Positions 12,419 through 25,184 of a DNA stretch of 64,000 bases are shown piece after piece (position 1 is the first letter of the stretch; every line of letters begins with the position of its first letter). A model generated the notes under the pieces. That model worked only from the letters and a program-made list of their open reading frames with translations. It was not told the origin of the DNA and made no database searches. Made by a program: the position numbers and the translations under genes. Origin of the DNA: Dendrobates tinctorius (lineage: Eukaryota); assembly GCF_039654945.1 (NCBI RefSeq), contig NW_027361700.1, positions 24,924,001-24,988,000 on the forward strand, read 5' to 3'.

Positions 12419-12457
<39 letters not shown>
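12419..12457. repeat. (AT)n microsatellite
   Basis: Direct reading. Confidence 0.95.
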
Positions 12458-12460
<3 letters not shown>

Positions 12461-13825
12461 TTTTTTTTTTTTCCCGTTTGGTATATGTTGTTTTGTTCTC
12501 GATAAGACTGAACCATTTTATATGACTTTTTGTATTTTATAATTTATGGCTCATGCCTGGTTGTCTGTTGACATTTTATTAGATTACTTTAAATATCTTG
12601 GAAAAGAAAAAAATCATATCTGTTGTATTCTGCACACTTAGTGATTTTCTATTATATTCATGAAAAATCTAAAGATGAGAAGTAGTCCGTTTATATTGTT
12701 GATGTTTTATCTAACACTATTTGTATTGACTTGATATTGGGTTACCGATTTAAGGTTATTCCGCCTATATATGACCATGAAAGAAAAAAAAGTGAGGTTC
12801 AATGTTGACTTAGGCTAGAGATGCACGATGACTTTTGATCAAAAGTTTGGTCGTAAAACACGAAAAAATGTTGGGTCACGGGAATGTTTTTGCTAGCTGA
12901 AGAGTTTCGTAGAAGTGTGACCTGAGAACTTAACTGGATATTCAGCTAGACTATCCTCTGGCAATGTGAGCAAAGTTCAGGCTGGTGAAATTTTTCCTAG
13001 AGATTGCGGCAAAACCTATATGGTACTTGGTGTCCTCTTATCTTACGTATTGACCCCTGAGCTAAGCATACATGTTTATAGGGGAGTTGGGAATATTAGA
13101 CAGGGAAGATGAGGATTGATCCTAACCTCTTATGATTGTCATAAAATAAAGCTTTTTCTATTCCTTATAATGGAATTGTCCATCAGATATCTGTCAGATA
13201 CATTGTGACTGACAGAAGGGATATTGCACACATCAGATTAGTGTCCTGCCAGATTAGACCGATTCCCAACCGGTTAATTGGCCATTTACGTGTACTATTT
13301 TGGCGCCATATTGGATTGAAAAGAAATTGGTCGGTTATCTGTTCATTGCTTTCGTAATGACCGCCCATATGCATTAAGCTAATGTCGGATGAACCCGTCG
13401 GTATCAACGAGTTTGGCCAGCGCGTCAGTGTGCATGGGCTCACCGTCCAAATGATGATCGAAGGAGATGTCCATCGGGCATGTTTGATTTCGGACATAGT
13501 TCTCCCAGTGATAAGCCACCATCGAAGATGTCTGTTGGCAGCTTTCTCTTGTTTCTCGGCCTAGCAACCCCTCCTGTGTATGGGTGAGACGGTCGAGATG
13601 CCTGTTAGCCAAATGATCTTTAGGCTGTGGGCCATCTAATGTGTATGGCAGCTTAGTGCTACCTTTATACATTCAACAACTTTTTATAGTTAGTTTTACA
13701 CAATGTGAAAAGTTATTTCTAACGTGTTTTCATATATGCAGTTTGTAGTTTTGTTTTTTTTTTCACTATTGCTATTTTGACTTTTGACTATGGATATTGC
13801 TTATTGAGGCAATTGATAGCCTATT

Positions 13826-14155
13826 GTAAAATATTATTCAGGATTGAGAGTCCTCAGTGGCTGATACCTTTTAATGGCTAACTGAAAAGATGGTAACACA
13901 TTGCAAGCTTTCGAGACTACTCAGGTCTCTTCATCAGGCTAGACTAATACAAAATCTGAAGTCACATCAGATTTTGTATTAGTATTTTGTATTAGTCTAG
14001 CCTGATGAAGAGACCTGAGTAGTCTCGAAAGCTTGCATTGTGTTACCATCTTTTCAGTTAGCCATTAAAAGGTATCAACCACTGAGGACTCTCAATCCTG
14101 AATAATATTTTTCTATCTACTGGCTAACACGGTACAAAGATATACATCTTTCCTG
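13826..14155. mobile_element. Penelope-like fold-back insertion with hammerhead-like motif in both arms
   Basis: Inverted arms ~13828-13955 and ~13984-14111; CTGATGA-a-GAGAC-loop-GTCTC-GAAA at 14002-14030; TAGCCTATT direct repeat at 13817-13825 and 14156-14164. Confidence 0.8.
13998..14036 (+). ncRNA. Minimal type I hammerhead ribozyme-like motif (mirror copy on minus strand ~13903-13941)
   Basis: CUGAUGA core, 5-bp stem II, GAAA, palindromic AAGCUU; stem I only ~2 bp so activity is doubtful. Confidence 0.55.
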
Positions 14156-14827
14156 TAGCCTATTTTAGGCAGTTGTATGTGAGAGATGGAGGGGGCACAC
14201 CTACCTTGCAGGGTGGCAGAGATTTAACAAGTGGTTTACTTTTGTTTTTTATCTACCAGCCTAAGGAGGAGGGTCATTCTCTCCAGCACCATATAAACAC
14301 TAGTATTTATTGGCCCCCCACCGTTTGTACACAGAGGAGCTGAGAGATCAGAGGGGAAGCACTGGGCTCAAAGACACATCCCCTGTACACTTGTCTGTGG
14401 GTGGGAGTTTAGTATGGGGCATGTGGTTGTGAACAATGGGCTTTGCATTCCTGGAAAGTGTTTGTTTTCATGTGTTTTATGTTCAAGGAGATAAAAAAAA
14501 AAAATCCCTGCATACTTCTAGCCATTCAATAACTCTAGAATATCAGAGGTCAACTAGTTAGTGGTAATATTGTCCGGTATGTATACAGCACCAGCGCATT
14601 GTGTATCGCCATCTATAGTGTGTATATCAAATCTGTGCTTGTTCTATGTGTCCCTGTCCGAATGGCCTTGCTAAGTATAGAAAAAAGTAGGTGTGAGATG
14701 ATTAATGCAGCGGCGAGTGTCAACTATTGCTATGTATAAAAATCCAGGGTTAATCATCTCGCAGAAAATTGCTGCCATTACCAATGTTTGGGGGGACAAT
14801 ATAGCAGAAGCGATTGCATTGCAGAGT

Positions 14828-15003
14828 ATATTTATTTATTTTTACACATTTATATAGTGCCATTAATTCCTTTACATACATTATCATCACTGTCCCCATT
14901 GGAGCTCACAATCTAAATTCCTTATCAGTATGTCTTTGGAATATGGGAGGAAATCGGAGAACCTGGAGAAAACCCACAAAACACTGGGAGAACATACAAA
15001 CTC
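14828..15003 (-). mobile_element. Truncated SINE with L2-like tail
   Basis: Similar to 55801-55960; (TAAA)n tail; tRNA-like head missing. Confidence 0.65.
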
Positions 15004-16150
15004 CTTATCCTTTGTTGTACTGATTGAAAAAGGCCTGCAACGTGCAAGAGTCCATATGAAATGTTGGAGTAGTGAATATGGGCGACGGTTACCCCCTATA
15101 CCCTGTCCCAACTGCACTGGACTTCATGTCTCTACAAAGAAAGGGGGAAGCATGGAATACTTCTGTCCAGAATGGATGGAACTGGGCGACAAAAGAATTT
15201 TTAGGCGTTGTGGCAACCTTTTGTCTTTCAGATGATTACAGTTCTTGACGTTAAAAGAATTGGACATGTTCTACGTGTGCTGATAGATGAATTATATGAT
15301 TAAAGGGTAACTCCAAGTAAAACCAGTTCACTTTGTAATACCTAAGGCACATGGATTCAAAGAACACTAATGAGTATCCGTGTGCCGTGCTCCGCCTCCG
15401 ATGCCCAGCAGTCGACATAATACAGTGTGTCAGGTTGGCCTGGAGTGATCCTTTAATGCGCTTTAAGGCACCTTATTTTAAAGTGCCATGTTTTTCCGCC
15501 ACTGTAGGATGAATCCAGTATGATTGTTCCATACCGTACTAGAGTAGGTGCTGTGGATCACTGACTTCCGAGGTTCTGCTTGTACGGTTGGCTGGGATCA
15601 GAGGGACCTCCTATCCTGGACTTTTATCCTTTTGATTGTTTTGATCAATGCAGACTACTAGTAAAATGTTCTGTGACTGATAGATTTCCTCTACAGTCAG
15701 CCCTCAGGACCTACAAAGCACCCTATGGCTGTCTACGCACCTAGCCTGTCAGTAGGGCAAACTTAGAAGCCGAATTCATCAACCCTGGTGTTTTGTATGC
15801 GAGTCTTGATCTAGGTGCTCTACAGTAAAGCTCCCCATACACATTCGAAATTTGTTGGCGAACGATCATTCAGCCATTTGTAATTTTCCTGTATTCCAAC
15901 TACACAGGAATGGCTGTTGCTACTGTGTTCCCTGAGTGAGCCGCTAGGAGACTCCTCTGTTAGCAGATTATGCTAAACATGGATGGCCTTCAGAAATCCA
16001 ATGTGCTGGATCCATCTCTGCTCCGAAATAGTCTGTCTGGAGGCCCCCCCCATACACATTAAACTGTCAGACAATCCTGAAGACATTGACATGATCGTCA
16101 AAATGTAGTCTAATGTGTATAGGGGTCTTTAGTTGCCGCACATTTATTAA

Positions 16151-16462
16151 AGAGGTCCTGTCACAAGGTCAAGATTGGCCAGTTTTTGCCCTCCTTTATT
16201 CTCATGGCTCCCGTAAGGTTTTCCTTATATTTGTTAAAATCCACCATACGGGTTCCAGAGATATGAGCTCTTTTTTTATTTGGTGCAAATTTTTATGGTC
16301 TTTGCCAATGCAAACCAAAGTAAAAATTGGTCCCATCCATATCTCTGGAACCGCATTGCTTTTTTTTTTTTTTTATAAAGAAAACTTGGGGGGGGAGCAT
16401 CAGGAATGAAAGTAGCCTAAAACTAACCACTTTTGACTTGATGACTCGATGACAGGTCCTCT
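16151..16462. mobile_element. TTAA-targeting (T2/Kolobok-type) MITE
   Basis: TTAA|AGAGGTCCTGTCA ... TGACAGGTCCTCT|TTAA. Confidence 0.8.
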
Positions 16463-16690
16463 TTAAGTACCATGTGTCTCCTAATGAATAAAGAACCTCT
16501 CCGCTGTATTGCACCAGTGTCAGAAGTGTACTCCAGTCACAGATTAGAGTGGATACTGTATCTGTCATAACTTACTCCAATTTTGTGCTGTCATGCCTCT
16601 TCTGTGGTAAGCTCCGCTCACTTTTCAAAAAGCTGTCGTAGCTAGTCGCCTAAAAGTCGCCTCTAAAACAAGAAGTTCATCTTTTAATTT

Positions 16691-16930
16691 TTACCGGTCT
16701 TCAGCTCGATCTCGAGCCATGGTGACTTGATGGATGAACGATCTATAGGAAGGTCGATCTTGTGCAAGCCTAGAGAGGTCCACCAGGGTCATCTTTGCCA
16801 CTATCTTGATAGTATCAAGCCATCGGATGGCTGGTCTTCCTTTTCTCCTTGTTCCTTCTATTCTTCCTACCATGATGTCCTTCTCCAGTGATTGCTATCG
16901 TTGTATGATGTGTCCAAAGTCGGCAAGTCG
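16691..16930 (-). mobile_element. RTE-clade LINE 3' fragment
   Basis: GRIEGTRRKGRPAIRWLDTI...LAQDR matches the RTE/BovB-type C-terminus; upstream FGHI..LEKDIM remnants. Confidence 0.8.
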
Positions 16931-18234
16931 TAACTTGGCGATCCTCGCTTGAGGTGCATTTTCTCTGAGATACTATCTGGAACACGGTTCCTAGGATCTC
17001 TCCTTTCGCAATAATCATGTTATGTAAACAGGCTTCCGATTTATACCTGATGAATGAGCAAAACTCTTGTTCATTGCATGAAATTATCTTTTGTGCTGCA
17101 AAAAATGTTGTTGTTCTCGGCAGGGCATTGTCCTGTCTAAACAGGACCAGTGCTGCCGAGAACAATGGCAGAGCTGTCTATCACATATAAGAGTGCATCA
17201 GTAAGTGCTCTCTGCCTGTCTAAACAGGCTATAAAACTGTATAAATATTTACCTATCGGTATGCCACCAGTTGGTTTGTGGAAATGGACTTTAGTCCTTA
17301 AAGAGTCACATCAATGACAAAAAAAGTTATGGTTGCTGTAATGTGTAGAGGCAAAAGCGTAAAAAGTTATCATTAAAGCCCAGACAGGCCAGGTCATATG
17401 TAAGGAAATGTTTCTGGAGGTTCTCAGGAATAGACATGCGAGATAAAGCTGTGATCGCTAATCTGCCTCCCCACTCTCTCCCCCCCAGCAGCCAAATATG
17501 ACTGATAACAGAAAACAATTAAGCAAAGATTGGATAGAATTTAGGTTCTGTTTCTACTTGAAATATTCTACCAAGTTGTTTTTTTGCGAACTGCAGGTTT
17601 TCTATCGATGACATCTGCTGTGTATGACATTAGGTGTACGTGGCAGGAGGAATAGCTGGAATGTTCCTTGTATTCTAAGAACTGACATAAAAAGCGCTTC
17701 TACATAAACGTGTAGGAGGGGAATACACCACATATTACTTGAATTAACCTATTTTGGAACACATTTCGCTTTACACTACTCCAGGGCATTTAGCACGTGT
17801 GCAATCAGGTAGTCTGCAGATGATTCCTGGAGTGATTCTTGAGCATAGCGTGGTTGTGTAATATCTATGTCACAGACCATTATTGCTGCTTCCTTTAGTT
17901 GTGTATTATTATACTGCCTTCATTTGTAGCTATTAAAACCGACTGGGGCTGATCACTATCTAGTCACATGAGTAAAGTCGCATCCTGCGGCGAAGATGCA
18001 AATATTTTCGCTCTGTTTCCTTTGGAAAGTAAAATGTAATCACGCCACACCCCCATTAGGCCTGCCAAGTATAAAAATGTATATACTAGTGATCATAACG
18101 AGACGGCTCTGCTTTCCAAGAGCTTGGGGATGTCAGCTAGCCAACCAGATTGTCTGGTTTCGAAAAATAAATTATTTATGACTTATTAGTGACTTCAGAG
18201 GGACAAAGAGGGTCTTCTCATTCTGGAACCCTTA

Positions 18235-18482
18235 GGGTACGTGCACACGCTGCGGATTCTGCTGCAGATTGATCCGCGTGGATTTTGCAAAATCCGCAGG
18301 TAAATCTGCAGGTCAAAAGACCTGCGGTTTTGCCCTGTGATTTATCACCTCTACAATGGAGGAGATGGTAAACCGCAGTGAAATCCGCAGAAAGAATTGA
18401 CATGTCAATTTTTTCTGCGAATTTCCGCAGGACCAAAACCGCTGCGGATCCGCAGTAGAATCCGCAGCTTGTGCACATACCC
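18235..18482. mobile_element. PIF/Harbinger-type MITE
   Basis: TTA|GGGTACGTGCACA ... TGTGCACATACCC|TTA; internal CCGCA/TGCGG motifs. Confidence 0.85.
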
Positions 18483-20735
18483 TTACTCTATTAGGTGGAG
18501 GGAGCAGCTACAAATAGAGCTTGTGGATGACACAACATACCCATGCATTACAAACGCTGCCCATTGATTGTATAATACTTCTCTTCCTTGTGGTGGCGCT
18601 GCAGGGATTTCCTACATATTGTTGAACATCTCAGCAGTGGGACACCCGGTGATCATCTTGGCACAGAGGGACTTCCAGTTAACGTAGTTGCTGACTGCTT
18701 CTTGGTATACTCGGCCTACTCGAGGTTTTAGCCGTGGATTTCCTGCGATACACAGCTGTTCTATCCTTGTTGCCCAGTATTAGAGCACTGTTCACTTTAG
18801 ACATCCTTGTCTCCGGGGCAGCAGAATGTATCTCCTTTCTGAACAACCAGAATAGGCAACTCTGCCAGATGATATTATCGGCCTAAAAATAAGTGAAGAG
18901 CCAGAAAATAAAAACATGTTTTGGGCCGGATTGATTGTTAGTATTTGCCATCATCAAAAAAAAAACCAATCAGTTTTGCAATCTTTAACTGCTGACAAAG
19001 ACTCAGAAAAGTGTGTATAAAAAAAAAAAAATTGCTCATATCTAAGGATGGCCATACACCTTAGATAACAGTTCCTCCAGCACCACATTATCCAGGCATG
19101 TGTTCTCCATGGAACGAGGAGACACCTGGAGGCAGCTTAGTACCTGTGAAAGCAAAATGATCGGGCATGTTGAAGTCCAACATGCTCTATCCTCCTTATT
19201 CCTGCCATCAGGGAGAGAGGATATTCCCATATCAATTAGATGATCAGCCGAACTTCAAGTAATGTGTACGACCATCGTAAAGACGTAGTGGTGTGTGTAA
19301 CCACTTAAGGCTCCTTTCACATTGCGTTCTTGCCTATGTTCAGTGGCTTGCGTCAGAATCATTATAGTCTATGGCCTCCTTGGCACATATGCCCAAATCC
19401 CGTTCTGTGGGAGGAGAATTGGACGCAAGCCCTGATGGAACCAACAAACGAGAGCAGGAGTGCAACGTGAAAGGAGCCGAACAGATAAAGTTGGAAGAAA
19501 GTATCACAATAGGTGCCAACTTCTAGATTACTAGGGATCCAACTATTGCAAACCCCACTGATTGCTAGGGGCACATTTTATCTTGTTAGAATAGAGCGGC
19601 AGTGTGCATGATCGACCGCCACGCTGTTCATTCTTTACGGGACTGCTGGACATAGTGGAGCACATTGCATAGAGAATGAGTGGAGTAGCAACTGAGCTTG
19701 CGCTCTACAGTTCCATTCTAATGGGGATAAAACTCCCTAATTCTACCAACTGGGTAGGGGTCCCAATGGTCGAACTCCCACCTAGGTAGAAATAATGCCT
19801 TATCCTTGGCTAGGTGATCATTTATTCCATTCTATATTATGAACCTGGGCATCCTATGGTCCTACTGTAGCAAACATCGAGCACTGTGTGTTAATCCAGT
19901 TCATGGCCTGCAATATGCAAAACCTGTATGGCAGCAGATTGAGCGTTCGTGGTTATGTTTGATGCCATGTGGTACAGGTTTTTATTTTCCTATAGAAGGG
20001 ATGGGAAAAATATCGCTGAGTGTCTGGGATGGGTCGATGGCTTTCTTTGGGTGCTGTATTTCGGATATGTGTAGCACATTCAGACCTAGTCCTTCCATTG
20101 AACCTTCAAGCATGGACATGGCCATACTTTCCTTATTACTCATCATATCTCGAGGTTTCTTCATCATAATAACATACTGTTGAGGTATCATCATAGATGT
20201 GAAGGTTGATAAGCCTGGAGCAATGTATCTTCATCTGTGTTCCTACTTGACCTGGTCTGTTTCGAGCCCTTGCTGTGCTGGGCTTCCTACACTATATACT
20301 GCACATACTCTACATGTATATAGGTCGCCCGTTGACTGTAGGGCGAGGTAGTTGTAGCATGTGACCGCTTTGATAGGATTAGCAGTGATTAGCGCAGTAC
20401 AGACTGAGCACAGCTCCTATGCACAGAGCAGAGAATGTGTACTCTGAGGTATGACTGAGCCACATGTCCATTTCTTGCCAGTACCCTGCCTTCCCCCCAC
20501 CATTAACCACTTTCTTCCTTCCTTTGTAATGTGGGATCTTCCCCTCCCAGGCAGAGATAACACAGGAATCTCTGCTTTGTGTGGCCCCTGACCTTCTGTG
20601 CTTATCTAGATGAGCATTACAGGGAGGAGCTGGTAAATATGAGCAGAACAGGAGGCACAAGTTATATAACCCAGCAAATCTCTGCTCCAAGTAGTAAAAA
20701 CCATCACAACTCCACAGCCAGAGCCCATCGGCTTA

Positions 20736-22197
20736 CAGTGGGTACAGAAAGTATTCAGACCCCTTTACATTTTTCACTCTTTGTTTCATTGCAGCCATTT
20801 GGTGAATTCAAAAAAGTTCATTTTTTTTCTCTTTAATGTACACTCTGCAAACCATCTTGTCTGAAAGAAAACAGAAATGTAGACATTTTTGCAAATTTAT
20901 TAAAAAAGAAAAACTGAAGTCACATGGTCATAAGTATTCAGACCATTTGCTCAGACACTCATATTTAAGTCACATGCTGTCCATTTCCTTGTGATCCTCC
21001 TTGAGATGGTTCTACTCCTTCATTGGAGTCCAGCTGTGTTTAATTAAACTGATAGGACTTGATTTGTAAAGGCACACACCTGTCTATATAAGACCTCACA
21101 GCTCACAGTGCATGTCAGACTAAATGAGAATCCTAGACCTGGCCCTCCTGCCTAACTGAGTAATCATGGGAGAAGAGCCGCTTGGTGAGAGAGGTAAGGA
21201 AGAAACCCAAGATCACTGTGACTGAGCTTCACAGATGCAGTAAGGAGATGGGAGAAAGTTCCACAAAGTCAACTATCACTGCAGCCCTCCACCAGTCGGG
21301 CCTTTATGGCAGAGTGGCCCCAACGGAAGCCTCTCCGCAGTGCCAGACATATGAAAGACTGAATAGTGTTTGCTAAAAAACACATGAAGGACTCCCAGCT
21401 ATGAGAAATGGTATTCTCTTGTCTGATGAGACGAAGAGAGAACTTTTTGGTGATAATTCTAATCGGTATGTGTGGAGAAAACAAGGCACTGCTCATCACC
21501 TGCCCAATACAATCCCAACAGTGAAACGTGGTGGCAGCATCATGCTATGGGGTGTTTTTCAGCTGCAGGGACAGGACGACTGGTTGCAATTGAAGGAAAC
21601 GTGAATGTGGCCAAGTACAGAGATATCCTGGATGAAAACCTCTTCCAGAGTGCTCTGAATCTCAGACTTGGCCAAAGGTTCACCTTCCAACAAGACAATG
21701 ACCCTAAGCACAGAGCTAAAATAACAAAGGAGTGGCTTCAGAACAACTCTGTGACCATTCTTGACTGGCCCAGCCAGAGCTCTGACCTAAACCCAATTGA
21801 GCATCTCTGCAGAGACCTGAAAATGGCTGTCCACCAACGTTCACCATTCAACCTGACGGAACTGGAGAAGATCTGCAAGGAAGAATGGCAGAGGATCCCC
21901 AATCCAGGTGTGAAAAACTTGTTGCATCATTCCTAAGAAGACTCACGGCTGTACTAGCTCAAAAGGGTGCTCAATACTGAGCAAAGGGTCTGAATACTTA
22001 TGACCATGTGACATTTCAGTTTTTCCTTTTTAATAAATTTGCACAATTTTCTACATTTCTCTTTTTTTCAGTCAAGATGGGGTGCAGAATATACGTTTAA
22101 TAAGAAAAAAAATGAACTTTTTTGAATTTACCAAATGGCTGCAATGAAACAAAGAGTGAAAAATTTAAAGGGGTCTGAATACTTTCCGTACCTACTG
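20736..22197 (+). mobile_element. Tc1-like transposon, degenerate and internally deleted
   Basis: TA TSD; ~210-bp TIRs (CAGTGGGTAC.GAAAGTATTCAGACC); transposase remnants SDETK, FQQDNDPKH, WPSQSSDLNPIEH. Confidence 0.92.
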
Positions 22198-23237
22198 TAC
22201 TGTATACTGGCCTTATACCCTGTATGAAGCTGTCCATAGACATAATAAATACTCGGTTCCCATCTCCCAACTAAAATATCTGCTGGGTTTTGCCATGTCT
22301 GACGCTCATTTTACCCTTAGAAGGAAGACCTTATGTAAAGCTGATTCCTGTATGTTCACATAAGGAGCCTCTATGTAGCTATAGGGGCTTCTTCTGCTGC
22401 CATATTGGTGTTCGGTATGGCACCGCATTATGGACATATTCTTTGCAATGAACCATATCGGATATGATCAAGGGTACAGCGTGTCCCCACTGGCTTCTAT
22501 TGGTGCGGTATTGCTATACAATTTGCAGGTTGTATGTAGCCATAATACACCAGTGTGCATGAGCCCTTACACTATTGATTTCTTTTTGCCTTTCAAGTAT
22601 TTGCTTTATGACAGTCTTTACACCTCTTCCCAAACAGGATATGACATGACATAGCAGCGTGCAGAATGAGCACAGTGATGGAGTCCATGGAAACCGTCAG
22701 ACTGCACTTGGGATGGAGACATATTTTTTCTCCATCTTCTCATCCGCGAGAATTGGATCACACCATGCTGACACTCTTTCAAACTGTGATCAGTTTAATT
22801 TGTATAATTGGCCTGATTCTCTCAGATAAGCGAGAATAGACGGTTGTCGGCACCTAGACTTTAGACAACCCCTTGAGGACTATTGACCTGTCTGGCCACC
22901 TGAAGAATGTTATCCTTGGTATAATTCCTGTCTAACTATTGAATATTACATCTTTCTAGGTCGCATAATTTTCACCATCTACATTTTGTAAACCCCTATT
23001 TCTCCTTACTGGCTTGACTCGGTTGAGCTTGCGTTTTTATTTACGGTAAGTTGGTAAAAGGAAAGAAAGCCAATGCCATCTGGCATCTTCTACTTAAACA
23101 ATGGGTTGGGCATCTTGATGTCCAGCATGTCTGATCCCTTCCTTGGGGAGACATCATACTTCAAAATCATCGGTTAATCTACTCAAATTTGCTGGCTTGT
23201 GCAAAAGTTGACAATACATTTTAGATACAATGACTAA

Positions 23238-24172
23238 GGCTAAGTTCACACGTAGCGGAATTCCTGCGGAAGTTACCGCGAGAATTCCGGAATTCCATTC
23301 CGCGGGAAAATCGCATTTTAAATTCCTGCGATTTTTTCCCACGGAAAAACTAGCGATTTGCAAGCGTAATTAGCTTGCAGAATGCTAGCGTTTTCCAAGC
23401 GATCTGTAGCATCGCTTGGAGAACTGATTGACAGGTTGGTCACTCGTCAAACACAGTGTTTGACAAGTGTGGCCAACTTTTTACTACTGATGCTACCTAT
23501 GCAGCATCAGTAGTAAAAGATAGGATGTAAAAAATATTAAAAAAATATTGTTATTCTCACCTTCCGGCATCCCGCGCAGCCATCCCGCGCAGCCTTCCCG
23601 CCCCTCTCCACGCTCCCGGCATCTTCCGGTCCCAGTAATCCTTTGCGCAAATGACCGCGAGACGTCGCGCATGACCGCGAGGCGTCGCGATACCGCGACG
23701 TCATTGCGGTCATTCTCGCAAAGGATTACTGGGACTGGAAGATGCTGGGAGCGTGGAGAGGGGCGGGAAGGCTGCGCGGGATGCTGGAAGGTGAGAATAA
23801 GAATTTTTTTAAATTTTAATTCTATCTTTTACAGGGATATGGTACCCAGAGCCCGGAGGACAGTCTCCTCTCCTCCGGACCGTGGGTACCATCCGCAAAT
23901 GTTCTGCTTGCTTTTCGCATGGTAGGCACAGCCACATGCTGAAAGTAAGCAGAACAATGCATTCCTATGTGGGCGGAATCGCCGCGATTCCGCAAAATTA
24001 ATGAGCATGCTGCGTATTTTTCTACGATGCGATTCCGTCGCGGGAAAGTCCGCAGCATTAGCACAGCATTGCGGAATCCCATAGGATTGCATGGGATGCT
24101 GTTTTTTTGCGGCAAAATCGCAGGTTAAAAATCGCCGTGAAAACGCAAAAAAAGCTACGTGTGAACCCAGCC
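23238..24172. mobile_element. Harbinger-type MITE with internal GC-rich hairpin
   Basis: TAA|GGCTAAGTTCACACGTAGC ... GCTACGTGTGAACCCAGCC|TAA; internal inverted repeat ~23551-23800. Confidence 0.85.
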
Positions 24173-25184
24173 TAAAACTATCTAGTCAAAACGCTTCGGT
24201 CCTGTATCCCCTGTGATTTCTTTTGGTGTACCCAACATGTCTTTTTAGCAAGTACAGAATAAATGTGAAATTTTATTTTTCCTTCTGCGCTGGAGACCTT
24301 TCATTTTAGATAGTTTAGGCTGCCTGCTAATCCTGCCGACTCCACCATACGCATGAACACTTGGGCTGGCAAAAGCATTCATGGGTTTTATTTTAACTTT
24401 GTTTTCATTCGTTTCAAACGTCGCTTAATAAATGTTCAGATATCTTTTATGAGTCTTCTATATTCTATAATGTCTACGCACTATATCTGTAGTATTAATA
24501 GACCTACTACAATAACTTGTATAAACAGACAAAAGTGCAAAACAGGATGTATTAATTTCAATGAAATGCAACTCCAGGTGAAGAACATGTGTTTTCAATG
24601 AGGAGAGATGAGACCTCTGATGTCAGATGTCATCCAATTCTGCCGAAAACTTTGGGTTCGGTCAGCTTTTCTCTAATTTTGATTTTGGACCTCAATTTTT
24701 AGCCACCATGCTTAGTTTAGTGACCGTAAAAGGGTTCTCCTGGACTGACAAATCGTTGGCCTATCCTTAAGCTAAGTCATCAGTAGGAAATTTGTGCAGG
24801 TCTGTCAGCCGTCACCCCATCGATCAGCTGAAATCTGCTGCGGCAGTGGGAGGAACTGAGCAATGTATTTGGGGCACATCTTATTCCATATTCTGCTTTG
24901 GAAAAATAAACATTCTGCTGTGACTAGTTCATTGGGTCTTTTAAACAATTTTCATAAATTTTCTTTATTGTGTCTTTGGAAGAGGGCCTTGTAGGAGTGA
25001 ATTTTAGCCGATTGGTAGACGTGTCAGGTGTTGGACCCCCATCTATCAATATGTTATTCCTAGACAACCCCTTTAACCCCCCTTTTAACACTATATTGGT
25101 GTAAAGGGGTAATGTCGTCTGTTTCATAACAAAATGTATCCAAAGCGGCCAGTATTACGGTTATGAGACTTTTTTCATGTATCA

